From Bugula neritina (taxonomy: Eukaryota; Animalia; Bryozoa), in NCBI GenBank assembly GCA_964035545.1, contig CAXIUT010000025.1:1-46427 (forward strand): a DNA stretch of 46,427 nt. Direction: 5' to 3'. The notes below the pieces were generated by a model. It searched no databases, was not told where the DNA came from, and was given only the letters and a program-made list of their open reading frames with translations. Both the position numbers and the translations under genes were made by a program. Shown here piece by piece: positions 1 to 15,592 of the stretch (position 1 is its first letter; each line of letters begins with the position of its first letter).

Positions 1-93
1 CCCAACCCCAACCCCAACCCCAACCCCAACCCCAACCCCAACCCCAACCCCAACCCCAACCCCAACCCCAACCCCAACCCCAACCCCAACCCC
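1..93. repeat. Left terminal telomere (CCCCAA)n
   Basis: Perfect C4A2 hexamer array at the contig start; the Tetrahymena-type ciliate telomere repeat. Confidence 0.97.
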
Positions 94-282
94 TAACTAA
101 AAATAAAGGAAAATCTTCGAGTTTTATGTAATATATCTCTGCCTGTTCTTAATAAATATTTTTCATAGCAATAGTATTATCCAAAATTGCTTGATTGCAT
201 TCGTTAGGGTATAAAATCAGTCTTTTGATATGATATTGTATGAGGATAATTTTAAGATATAAATATTAAACACGTAGCCTTG

Positions 283-1176
283 ATGAAGATTGGAGCTTTA
301 CTATCTATAATGCTACTTTTAGCCTTAGTAGGATGCGCTGCAGGTGTAAAAATAGAAAAAGGTTGGCTGACATTGGATGTGGCCACTGGAGACAATCGAG
401 AGGACTATAAAGTTGAATACAATGGACGCATCAAAGACCAACTTTAGTTAACACAATCATCTAAAATCACCATAAAAGCAAAGGTATAGTGTACTATAGA
501 CAGATGACATTCTCAAATGAATAATTTGTGCCTGAATTCTTCTCATTTAGACTAAGACATTCGCAGTATGACAACCTTTCTTAACCTGTTTTGACTAAAT
601 GGAACCAAGAATCTGAAGCATTTGTCGCACTTATCGATTTAGGAGATCCAGTACTTTTGCTTTTACCCAGAAACACATCAGACATATGTCTGGAACCTAC
701 AAGTTATAAGTGATAATAAGCGATGACAGATTAGATAGTCAAACTAGAAACTAGCTTGCTCGTTGCAATGTCAATTTTAGACACTCTTTAGATCAACCTT
801 TACCAAATGAACTTGAATATGTTGTGCCTTCCATTATTATGACTGAGGCACCTGCTGAAAGAGTAGACCCTCCTGCTATATTTACAGGTTTTATCATGAT
901 TCTATTAGTTGCTCTTTTGATGCTTTTTATTTGGGGACTGATGTATCAAGGACTCAACTTGAATTTATTCCCTTCTGGAGGAATAGGCTCTATTATGAAT
1001 CTAGTTTTCTTGGGATGCTTAGGATTGGTATTATTTATGTTGACTCGTTTTTGGATTAGTTGGACTTTTTTGGAAACTATTCAATACTTTGTTCTAGCAA
1101 GTACTTTTTTATCTATTTAGTTTTGCCTATTTCATTGGCTGCTAACTATGCTTTTATCCATATCAAAAAGAACTGA
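283..1176 (+). CDS. RPN2: Oligosaccharyltransferase subunit ribophorin II / Swp1-like (short form, ~277 aa)
   Basis: With TAR=Glu and 20-nt introns 484-503, 651-670, 1101-1120: signal peptide MKIGALLSIMLLLALVGCAAG, luminal SGTYKLEVIISD motif, ERVDPP followed by three TM helices and RFWISWTFLETI; ends in TGA. Confidence 0.7.
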
Positions 1177-1230
1177 TTATGTATTGTTTAATTTCTAAAT
1201 ATTGCTATCATGATTGATAGTTTTAACATA

Positions 1231-2449
<1,219 letters not shown>

Positions 2450-2531
2450 TTAAAAATAATTTAAGATTGAAAAGCCAAATCAATTCTAATATGTTATTTA
2501 GGTTAATATTCGTATTTATACATACAGAAGA

Positions 2532-4303
2532 TCACTTGTAAGAGTTAGTATACAACTATTCTAGCATAGCTACATCTAGTTCCCAGACTGCACTTGGATG
2601 AGTCCATCCAAATTTAACTAACACTCGAGGATGAATCACTCCTAACACTCCAATCTCTTTTCCATGTGCCTAAACAATGAACTGTTGCCCTGGGAAGAAA
2701 AGTTCATTTGTTGAAGGTTTTAGCTTGTAGTCTTTTTTGAATTAGAGATGACATTTTTTGAGAAGAATATCAAGAGCACCATGAACTATTGAAAAAAGAC
2801 TTCCTTTTTTTGAGTTTTATAGGATTTAATCTGTAATAATTGCAGCTATTTTTGCCTTATTTTTAGAACCAGTATCCGTTTATTTATCTGCATAAATACA
2901 ATCTCCAGCTTCAAATAGTCGATAAGGTAGAGGATTAGATTTATTTTAACAGATAGTCCTCAGTAATCCTGGAATGAGTGTAGTTCTTCCAGTTTGGAAT
3001 TCTTTTGTTTTAGCATTAGAAATAGTGATGAGATGGGAATGATCTTTGACAAAAATATTTGACGTAACATCAGCTTTTGAACAAAGTGCAAAATTAAGAG
3101 CTTCATTGAATTGAGCTTGTGCCATTTATTGTCTCAAAAAATCTGAAAATTTATTAAGACGAACTCTGTTTCCAATGGTTGAAGAAGGAGGTAAAACTGG
3201 TTTGATATTAGTATATCCGTAACAAATAGCAATATCTTAAAGAATATCGCATTCATGAAGTACATCTCCTCTCCAGAAAGGAGCCATTACTTTATATTCA
3301 CCTTATCCTGAAACTTAAGCAGTAAGTCCTGTTCTTGCCAAATAGCCAATAATTTGTTCTGATTTTAGAGCTGCTCCAACTAGATTCTAAGCATTTTTGT
3401 GTGCAAACTTGAATTAATGAGGAGAAATATCAGGAGTTAAAAATTTTTATTCTCCATTTATAATTTATACAGGTTCTACTTAAAATTTCTTTTCACAATA
3501 TTAAGAAAAAGACCAAATCAAAGTATTAAGACAAACGTAGGCTTTAGGTCTAGTTAGTGCTGTAACTTCTATAAGAACATTTTTAGTATTTATTGATATT
3601 TTTGAATGTTCGCCATTAATGATTGGAGGGACTGAACAAACTACGTCATTGCTATCAAGAATTAGTGGATAAACTGGGCTATCTCTGATGAGTGGAAGAT
3701 ATTCTTTTAGTTTATGATTTTCAAGAGACTCCATCATTCCATGACCATTTACTTTTGATTATTGATTTAGAGGTACAAATTAAAAATCTTTTGGATCTTT
3801 TGCTACATACTTGAATGGACCCTTTATTGTATCAAGGTCATGAGTTCCAATCGATGCGTATTTTCTTGCCCTACAAAAGGTATCGTGAAGCTTCTCCTGA
3901 GCAGCTATAAATGCTTTATATGTTTTATCATCGAAGCTAACATTCCTCAAGATAGCACATGCGACAAAAGGTCGAATTTGTTTTACCTAAATAGCGATAG
4001 AGATACTGATGGGTCAATGACCATGGTAGTAGTTGGCTTTGATAGTGTGACTATTGGAGCTTTAATATGCTCTAGATATATTTTAAATGCTCTTGTTAGG
4101 GTAGCCTAAGTGAGTAGATCTGGTCTATTGTTCATACAATCGAATTTAAAGGACTATGATATGACTTTGCCATCTTTATCAAGTTATTTATCTTCTTAAA
4201 TTTCGATTCCAAATTAGAAGCCGAGATTATCAAGCCATTTGTAGGGATACTATTGTCCCATGAGTTGGAAGAAACGGGAGTGTTATATTTTGATGTTAGG
4301 CAT
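2532..4303 (-). CDS. FARSB: Phenylalanine-tRNA ligase beta subunit (cytosolic)
   Basis: LGFEFGIEIE, NRPDLL, YPLILDSNDVVCSVPPIINGEHSKIS, HECDILEDIAICYGY, GVLGVIHPRVL; 20-nt intron 3987-4006. Confidence 0.93.
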
Positions 4304-4392
4304 TATGTTGATATGAAAGAAATTGAATATGATATGATTAGTTCTGAGTTATAGGTTATTATTGAAAGGTCAGATTTTATATTAAATTGGTG

Positions 4393-6954
4393 ATGTAAGG
4401 CAGCTTCTTGGCTCATGATCTCAAAAAGGTCATTTCTATCGTTGACCTCCTTAGAGATATTGGATTAAACGAACAACTCTCTCTTCCCAAAGTTGTAGTC
4501 TTGGGAAATCAATCTTCAGGTAAAAGTTCTCTTCTGGAACAAATTGTTGGACTTGACTTTCTCCCTCGTGGCTCAGTAAATTTTTATTTATTTAGGGTGT
4601 AGTTACAAGACGACCTCTCTAACTTCGTATGAACAACATTCCATCCTTGAAAGCACCATATGCTGAGTTTGATTAGGTAACAGAAAAAGGAGCAAAGAAA
4701 AAGTTTTCCAACTTCAATGAGGTCAGACAAACTATTGATGCCGTAACTGATAAGGTTTGTGGAAACAGCAAGCAAATCATTGATAAACCAATTGTTTTAA
4801 ATGTGTTTTCTAAATCATGTCCTACCTTAACCATCATTGATCTTCCAGGAATAACATCCATTCCGGTTGGAGATCAACCTAAGGACATTTACGATATTAC
4901 TAAAAACATGGCTCTAAGATATATTTCATAAAAAAGATCAATTATTTTATGTGTGATACCTGCTAATCAGGATTTAGCTGTTAGTGAGGCTCTTAAAATT
5001 ATGAGAGAAATTGATCCTTCAGGAGAGAGATCTATTGGTTGTTTGACTAAAATTGATATTATGAATAGAGGTGATGATGCTAGAAAAATGTTGAAAAATG
5101 AATAAATTCCTTTGAGATATGGCTATGTTGGTATTAAAAATAGAAGTCAGGAAGATATTAATAAAAATGTTCCAGTTTAGGAAAGTGTAAAGGGAGAAAA
5201 GAAATTTTTCACAACTAGTCCTATTTATTCTTCATTACCTGCTGATCTTTTTGGAACTGATTCTTTGACTAAAAAATTAACTAATATTCTTTATCAGCAA
5301 ATTAAAGCATCAATGCCTGATATTTTCGATGAAATAAAGAAAAAGAAAAAGATTTCACAGGATTAATTATAAAAATTAGGTCCTGGAGTTGCTAATACTG
5401 ACGCTGAAATGGTAAACTATGCTTGGAAAAGTGTGGCAACTTTCTTAAGAATATACAAAAACTCTTTGAATGGTATTAAAAGTAGTGATTACAGTAAAGA
5501 TCCTGTGAGTGCATCTATTAGATAAGAATTAAATCTTCTTTATAAGGCATAATATGATGAGCCTGCTACTTAAGATATTTATGATAAAGATATTGAGAAA
5601 GCAATGATAAACTTTCCTGGAGACTCTACTATCCCTGGTTTTCCTTCTATTGATGCCTTTCTTTCATTGTTAAATCCTTTATTAAAGAGACTCCAAAATC
5701 CAGCTTATGAAGCCAATAATAAAGTTCACTAATTACTTTAATATGAAGCTCAAAATATAATATCAGAAACTTTATCTGTTAAATATCCTGAGTTTAACTC
5801 TCGTTTTAAGGATCTAGTTAGAAAAATTCTTGATAAGGTAATGATAAATTAATATAGTATCGAAAAAGTCTTGAGAGTTATTTGAATTCTTTATTAGATA
5901 GTTAATTATTTTACTTATTTACAAATGATATTAGTTATTTAGTTGGAGATTTCCATAAAGTAGCTGAAACTAAATAAAAAGGACCTCCTAAAAATCCATT
6001 AGTTTACTAGTTAAGAAAAAGAATTGATGCATATTATAAATTAGTTGTAAGAAACTTAAGAGATTTAATACCTAAACAATTATTCAACTTTTTATTGATA
6101 AAATGTATGAAAGAACTTGAATTTGAAGCATTCCAGTTCACAAGTGATGTAAATAAGTTGAAATAATGGCTTAATGAACCTTCTTAAGTTAGATTGAGAC
6201 GAACTTAATGTATCAAAGCAATCAAAGTTTTTGAATAATCTGAGAAAAGAATCAGAATGGATCCTGATATTTCAAAACTTGTTGGTAGATACGAAAAAGA
6301 ATCAAAATATGTAATTTATTTTTTATTTAGTATGGTAAATTTGGAATGAAAACTCCTTAACAAATTAGATAAGAAGAAGAAAAAAGAAAGAAAGAACATT
6401 ATTAACTTCTATCTAAATCTCAAATGAATAATCAAAAACAACCAAAAGCTCCAGAGAAAAAACCAGATCCACCCAAACAACAACCTCCTCCTCAAAATCC
6501 TCAACCAGTACCTAAACAGCCAACTCCTCAAAATCCAACTAATGTACCTAAGAAAGAAACTACCCCTCCAACCAGTGGTCAATCAAGTTCCAATCAAACT
6601 CCTAGACAAAACCAGCCAGGTAATAAGATTGATGACTTTTCTAACTTCTTTGGAGGTGGAAATGCTCAACAACCTAAGCAACCACAAGTAAATCCTGTTC
6701 CTTCAGCACATAATCCAAATTTAAGTCAAAATAAGCAACAACCTTTGGGAGGAAATCAAAATCCAAGTAACAAAACTGATTTTGCTAATTTCTTTGGACA
6801 ACAAGCTGGTAATATGGCTGGCCAAGCAGCTAACAAAGCTGTGAATGAGGCAGTTCAAAAATAAATAAAAAATGCTACTCAACCTCAAGAAAAGAAAGAA
6901 GAGACTAAAAAGAAAACATTTAATAAACTATTTGGAATAGATAAATAAACATGA
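4393..6954 (+). CDS. Dynamin-related GTPase with Pro/Gln-rich C-terminal tail (~833 aa)
   Basis: [54 protein letters not shown]; middle and GED regions; 20-nt introns 4576-4595, 5838-5857, 6311-6330. Confidence 0.92.
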
Positions 6955-7183
6955 TACTTCTATGATTATTTCTTATAATTGATAATATATTATTTAGTAG
7001 TTGATTTTTAAACCAATGAAATATTATAGAAACAAAGTTAGTCGATCTTCTATTCTTTTTTTGTGTCGAAAAAGTAAACTTAATCATTGTAAAGTTTATT
7101 AAAAGAAGTAATGTTAAGTCAAATGTGTAATAAATTTGTTATTTTAAATTATATAATAGATATTAAAAATGGGATCATTATAC

Positions 7184-7277
7184 GGGGTTGGGGTTGGGGT
7201 TGGGGTTGGGGTTGGGGTTGGGGTTGGGGTTGGGGTTGGGGTTGGGGTTGGGGTTGGGGTTGGGGTTGGGGTTGGGG
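7184..7277. repeat. Internal telomeric tract (TTGGGG)n, 94 bp
   Basis: Perfect G4T2 array with the same polarity as the right-end telomere, with unique sequence on both sides. Confidence 0.95.
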
Positions 7278-8691
<1,414 letters not shown>

Positions 8692-8872
8692 TTTCTTTAT
8701 AGATTAGCAAAGTTTTCTAAATTTTAATAAACATATTAGAATTCAAAATAAAACACAGCAAAAGTAAGCATTTTACCCATTTTGCCTCCTTCCTTCTTTG
8801 AGGTCCCTACTGTTTAAGATTAAGAGATGGATGATAATCCAAAAAGAAGAAAGGATAAATTTAATAAAATAA

Positions 8873-9289
8873 TCATTTTATTATCACTAAGATATCATAT
8901 AATTAACGACAAGACGGATTTATGACTAAAACCAATGAATTATGGAACAATTTATAGTTTAGTTAACCCCATTTGTAAGCAAAAATATTACAATACTTTG
9001 TTGGATCAAAATTTTAAAAATAATTTCGATAAGCAGAAACTGTCTCACTAGCTGTTAAGCGAAACGACTCATTTTGAATTAAGCTTAATTCTTCAAAATT
9101 CACATTAAATTAGGACTTACGGATATCTTGACGACGACTATGTTCAAGAATATATAGTTGATGATTTTAAATTGATTTTAGTTGTCCTTTAAATGATGAT
9201 TATATTGGTCCTTAAGCAGTCAAAATTGTTTTGTTAGGAAGTTGCTTTTGAATAAATTATCCGATCTATTAAACTGTTTCTCTTCTCAT
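8873..9289 (-). CDS. Possible hypothetical protein (138 aa)
   Basis: ATG-to-TGA open frame under TAR=Glu with an A-rich start context. No recognisable motif, and a similar-length frame is open on the other strand, so support is weak. Confidence 0.3.
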
Positions 9290-9656
9290 TTTTTTTAATT
9301 TCAATTAATTAATTACTGAAACATTGATTTTCATTTTTAAAATATATCTATAATAAAATAGGCATCATAAATAAAGAGTAGTAGAATTAAATAATTTTAA
9401 AAAGCAGAGTAATTTATAAATATCAGTATAATATATTTCAATAGAATAAAGAAAATATATTCTTGATCAGAAATAAATATTAAGTTTTATATGAATAATA
9501 TTAATAGCATTTTTATAAAATATAAATAGTAAATATATGACATTAAAATAATCACCTTAGAGTTGAAAATCATATAATTCCCTTATCAATATTATCCTAT
9601 TTCCTATTTACTTGCTCCATTTAAATATTATATAAACAGTTAAAATCATTATCCAA

Positions 9657-10123
9657 TCATTTCTATTCCTATTATTCTATCTATTAATTATAAGTCCATC
9701 CAACAGTACATGTTATCTCAATATTATTTTTTACATTTACATTTGTTGTTGTATGATAGCCGCCACTTGTTGAATTTACACTGGCCTCACTATTATTCCC
9801 CTCTTTCTATTTTTCCTTTAAAAGCTCAATCCTTCCTTGCTCACCCACTTGAACCTCCTTCCATCCGCATTATTTCATTGGAATTTCATCATGTATCTCC
9901 TTATGAAAAAACTTGATCTATTTTGATCGTTTGGCGGTTCTGGCAATGATTTTAGCTGAAGAGTAGTGGATACTCCACTTGATAGCAGCCTATATAGAGA
10001 CTTCAATACTTCTTTAACTGATAATCCTTCTAGAAAAATAGATTTTAGGAAACTGTATTTATGTGGATTGGAAATGTTAGATTCTTTCTTGTTTCGGACA
10101 TATACTTTTGAAAATTTAGTCAT
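9657..10123 (-). CDS. Small helix-turn-helix (homeodomain-like) protein of a ciliate-expanded family, 148 aa
   Basis: FLKSIFLEGLSVKE|AAIKWSIHYSSAKIIAR HTH pattern after removing 20-nt intron 9990-10009; C-terminal IEITCTVG motif; TGA at 9657-9659. Confidence 0.65.
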
Positions 10124-10763
10124 AGAGTAAGTTTATTTTATAATTATAGAATTGATTTTTTGCTTTTGATTTATTGGTGAAATTCTAGAATTTTAAGAGA
10201 ATGATAATATATCACAAAACTTTCTTAAATATGATGCCTGATGACTTTAAACATAATTGTTATTTAATCTATTTAAACTTCAGTATCTTAAGCTTACATT
10301 TCAGGACAAACTTCAAAAAAACATCAGTACTCATTAATGTCCTCGATTTATCAAAAATATTATCAAAGAAAAACATGACTCAAAAAGTATGTTTTATCTT
10401 CATCGATTCGTCTATTTTTCTTAGAATCAAGTAAAATATTACATTTATTATATATTATGTTATAGAAAAATAGAAGGTCTTTTCAATCGGGTAATTTAAA
10501 ATTCAAATTAATTAAAAAATTTTTTATTGATATTTTAAGACTTTATGGTCATAATAACTCATCTTTTGAACTAAAATTATTTATCATTCAAAAAAACATC
10601 TTTTTATATTATTGTTTTAGTGCTATTGATAAAAAATTATTTTTATGTTCTTTTTTTCTCATGTTTATCATAGTTGTCAAGATTAAATTATTTCTTTAAA
10701 TATTATTTTTCTTTATTATTTAATTTGATATTTTTAATAGTCAACATTAACAGTTATAATTGA

Positions 10764-12067
10764 ATGCTAAGAAGCCTGCTAAACCCTCTGGACTAACAAA
10801 GTCAAGAGCTTCCGAAGCTTAAATGTGCTTTCCACCCATAGTAACTCCTCACAAACTTCTGTAAAGCAAAAGAATGTCTTCTACCTTTATGTCCTGCCTG
10901 CATCAAAATACATATCAACGAACATATCAACATGCAGACCAATCCTCAACTCTAACAGATTAACGATTCCATTCGAGGACTTCATTAGCAGCTATAAAAT
11001 TATAGTTAGGAGTTGAATAGCATCTATAAGCAGATGGTAAAGTTGTATTAATGAAGGCATAAGTGTAAACAAATATTGACTCATTCAGATTGTCTGTAAA
11101 GAATAAGATATAAAATGTAAAATACAGTCTTATTTCATCTATTTAAGATCATTTTAAAAAGATGTAGCAGACCATAAACCAAAAGATTAATGACTCTAAG
11201 TATATTAAAAATCTATCTAAATTCAAAGATTACACTAAAAAGATGATATTATCATTGAAAAATAGTTAGAGAAACTTTTTTGCTTAACAAAACAAAATTA
11301 TGAGAATGATGATCAAATTTTAAACAAATAAAATCAGTCAAGAATTGAGTTAATTTTGTCTATAAAGTAAACATTTCATCTTACAACATCATCCCAATCA
11401 TTTCAACATCAATCTCACTGAAAATATCACACAAATAACTCTAGAAAATATCAAAAATTGTTGTAATTTAGACTACTAAGAACCAATAATAACCTACCAG
11501 CCTAAAGATATAACTCCAATTATTAAAGAACTCTATTAAAAACCAACATAAACAAAATAAAATAAAAATTCTATCATAAAAATAGTACATAAATAGACTC
11601 CAATCAGATAAATAAACTAATTCAACACTATTGATAATATCAGACATAATTCTTCTTTGCAAACTATTGAACCTGCCCCAAATAACAAACAAAAACAAAA
11701 AGAATAAAGTATATATTAGATAAATTCTACTATCTAACATTAAAATGATTATGTTTTTGTGCAACCCAAACATCTCAACTCGAGAACAAGAAATGAGACT
11801 ATATCGTATTCATCGGTTAAAGATAATATAGTTAAAGCTACGGATCATTTGAATCAGACCATTGGAAGGACATCGAAAATTGATTCTTGTGTTGATGAAA
11901 TTAGAGGGAGAAGAAGAAGTATTAGTAAAGGAAAAGGTATTTCTCTTATACAACCTAATTGTGATTTTTAGAATAAAAGAAATCAAAAGAAAAGCTATCT
12001 TTCTAGCTAAGGGAACCTCAATTTGGTCAATAGTAAAACAGAATATATCCCCAGAAGATTTAGATGA
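10764..12067 (+). CDS. B-box zinc finger / coiled-coil protein (427 aa)
   Basis: CAFHPEELLTNFCKAKECLLPLCPACIKIHINEH B-box-type Cys/His spacing followed by coiled coil; 20-nt intron 11037-11056. Confidence 0.75.
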
Positions 12068-12239
12068 CCTTCTTTTATATTATTTTAGTCATTTTGTTTA
12101 TGAATGTATTGAATGTTATTATTATTTAATACAACTAACAATAATCTAAGATCTTCTTGACTAAATCAAGATATATTTCACATGTTTTATGTATTGATAA
12201 ATAACATATTAAATAGGTTAGATATTTATACTAAAATAA

Positions 12240-13440
12240 TCAATTTCGTGGTAGGACTTCTCTTGTTTTTACTTATCTAATTTGTCCAGAAGGATCTCGA
12301 ATGTATGATACCTTTTGAAGCTTTTCACTTGGTTCAATAAACTTTAATATAAATGTATTCTGTTTCAAACTTGCCTGAAATTCCTTCTGAACTTATTCCT
12401 TCAAATGCGAAACCTTTGTTGGATATTCTACTTTCTTTTGAGTTATTACTGAAGACTTTTATTGTAATATTGTTTTCAATAGCTGAGAATTAACCTCTAC
12501 ATTTGGTTTCTTTGGTTATTCTTTCAATTTATATTGTGTTTTTTTGGCTGGAAGTCTTTCTTCTTCAGCAGGAGGGGTAGGTACTGACTTCTCTTCTGGT
12601 TTTTCAGTCTTTTTTTATTCTACAACTGGTTTGCTTGATTTATCAACTTTAACTGGTTTTTGATCATTCTTTTTCGTTTGTTAAGGAACAGCTTGAGGCT
12701 TTATAGCTTCTTTTTTATCATTCTTAGCTTCAACTTTTTCCACATATTTTTATTTTCTCTATTTAGGTTTTGAAAGAGGTGAATTTTATTGAATATCTTT
12801 AGTATGAGTTGGTTGTGGAATTTAGATATCTTTTTTGATAGGTTGTTTTTCTTATTATTTTTCTCTAAACTTTGGCTTCTTTTATTGTTTTGGAGTATCT
12901 TCTTTAATTTATTATTTTTATACTTTTTATTGATATTTTAGTTTATGAGAATAGTTGTTTTGATTTTTAAAGTTATCTCTGTATTATTTTTGTTCTCTGA
13001 TATCATCTTTTTTTCTTTCCCATTTTTATCTTTCTTTTTCTGGATTAAATCTTCTAGCTCTCTCAATCACTAAATCAATCAATATATACAAGCTTTGTCT
13101 TCTAAGAAGTGATATTTTTATCTCTAAAAGTTATTTTTTCTATGATCAGATCTTTTATTTTTGGAGTCGACATGTCCTTTTGATTGAATCCATCCGTGAT
13201 CTTCATTGTTGGCTGTTTGTTTTGAGTTTTTAGCTATGATTTATAGTTTATTAAGGAAAACACTATCAGTATAGAAGCAATCTTTATAGATGTTAAGTAA
13301 GGTATCTTCCTAAATGTTAATGATAGTACATCATAGAAAGGAGTAATTTGTTGACCTTTTTCGAGAAGATCTCTAAGTTTAGCATCAACCTTTTGCTGAA
13401 CCTTAATCTCAACCTCTTCGCTCGAATCACTATCTGACAT
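12240..13440 (-). CDS. Hypothetical Lys/Glu-rich protein (386 aa)
   Basis: MSDSDSSEEVEIKV start; open frame after 20-nt introns 13310-13329 and 13070-13089; spliced length is a multiple of 3 and ends in TGA. Confidence 0.7.
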
Positions 13441-13613
13441 AAATCAATCACAAAAATATTAAATCAAATATAATATATCCTATTCATCAACTATCATCTT
13501 AAAACATCTATTTTATATTCATAAAAAAAATACTTATCTAATTATTAGATACTTAGTAAGAATAATTATCAAATAAATCTTGCTTATTCTATTTTATAAC
13601 TTATTTCTTAATA

Positions 13614-15543
13614 ATGTAACCCAAAGAAAAAAGAGTACGAGTCCTGAGTGCTAAATATCCTGTAGCTCAAGTATAAAAATCTAGACCGTTTTCAGGTCGA
13701 TCTAATGCCACTTACAATAGAAAAGAACTTATTTAAAATGTATATCATACTGGAACTCATCGAGGAGTTAGTGCACATTCAAATCAACTTGGAAAATATA
13801 TATTATTGGGGATGTAGGCTGATAAAGTGTATCAAAAGCAGGGTCCTAAAATAAGCAAACAGAAAGAATAGATGGCATAGTAGATACATTCATTGAAGCA
13901 GACTATAAATAAATTGGTGGAGTAGCTTTCTCATGAGAGGGGTAAAGTATAGACAATGAAAAGAAAGAATAGTAAATATTCTAAGGTTTTGACTATGTAG
14001 TTTTAGAATGAGAAGCAGTGGGGGACTAATACAGTTAGTAATCATTTAGTAACAGGTATAAAGGCTATGTATGAATCATTGAAATAAAGTATTAAACTCT
14101 TTATATTTAGAATATTAACGGAAATGCAAATAATATGACACACTGTTTTCGAATATATCAGCTACTGATTATATCGAAATGAACTGTTATATTAATACTC
14201 TTGAATAATCAAATAAAGATCTAAAAAGGAAGATATAGAGTATAGTTCATCATAATTTGCAATTTACTATTGGTAATTAATCTCAAAAACAGGCAGCTTC
14301 TTTTATGGTTGCTGAACTGAAGTTATAAAAATAACACCTGAGTGATAAATTAAAAAATATCGAATAAAGTAATAAGATAAATATAGTTAAAAATAAAGAT
14401 ATGGATAAAAAGATATTCTTTTTGTAGAAATTGATTATCTAGAAAGATAATAATTTATATGCTCTGCAAAAGAAAGTCAAACACTATGGACAGTAAAATT
14501 AAAAACTTAAAGAACAAATTAATCGTACTAAAAGTTAATTATCATAGTTGTAAAGAAAATATCAATAATAACATGGTAATCATTAGATATTAATTTAACA
14601 AATAAATAAAAAATATTAAAGATAAATCGATGAGATAGTAAATGATAAAGATAGAAAGATAAAGAAGTTATAATAGCAGAATGCATATCTTCAGCATAGT
14701 ATGATTTAGACGAGAAAAGGAAATACTCAACTTAGCATGGAACTTCAATAACTCAAATAGAGTAAACTTAGAAGTCAAATTAAATATTAAAATACTAGTA
14801 ATACTAGTAATAATAATGATAAAATTATTAATAATATAGTTAAGATTTAAAAAATAAATCAAAATAAATAAAAAGATAACAATAAAGATCCAAATAATTA
14901 AGAAATAATAAGAGTGCCTCAAAAAGCTAATAAAAAATATAACTAATCGGCTCTTAAAAAAAGAAAAATACAGCTTTCAGAAGTACTAGATATAGGATAA
15001 CTCATCAAATATAAAATGATTGCTCAACATATCTCTCTGTAATAGCTCAAAACCCTATTCAACTGCAACCTAGCATCAAGACAATACTAAAACGACTAAT
15101 GGTCATAACAATATATGACCATGTAATAAGCCATAAACATACTCGTAAACTAACCAATAAATCTATAACAATAAAATGCGATAACTTTATCTCGATATCT
15201 GATCGAAGATATCCACGAAGAATATGTTTATTGTGACAAATTGAACTAAAATCATCGGTAAGTAGTAAAATCAATTATAAAAACACTAATCCAATAGTAT
15301 TAAATAGAATATAATGGTAATACTGAAGAATAGTATCAGAATGTGATAAATAATTACGGATAGAATCTAAAAAATGCTTTGAAGTCTTTATAACCGCATG
15401 GATATCTATCAAAAACAAGATTATTCAATGTTTTTAAAAGTCTAGGAATATAAACTTCATAATCTCTTCAAAGATATCTTATAGCTAAATTGGCTTTCAA
15501 ATCTAAAGATATGAATGAGTTGTCGTATAATGTTTTATTCTGA
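13614..15543 (+). CDS. Hypothetical coiled-coil protein (635 aa)
   Basis: Long open frame under TAR=Glu with 22-nt intron 14089-14110; E/K/Q-rich heptad-like centre; TGA at 15541-15543. Confidence 0.72.
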
Positions 15544-15592
15544 TTCTTTTAATAATTTTAGTTCATATATTTTATTATAATTAAAAACAAAT

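Noticed and set aside
484-503. Hairpin (TATAG-TGTA-CTATA) in the first intron as a general splicing structure
   Set aside because: Not evident in the other introns; compatible with chance in AT-rich DNA.
8827-9327. Plus-strand frame with a single internal TGA at 8923 (possible Trp/Sec readthrough)
   Set aside because: No recognisable homology. Long open frames are common with only one stop codon, a competing minus-strand ORF exists, and no conserved gene here uses TGA as sense.
10201-10434. 77-aa ORF from the track
   Set aside because: Ends at TAA, which is not a stop here; low-complexity AT-rich composition; most likely upstream region of the HTH gene.
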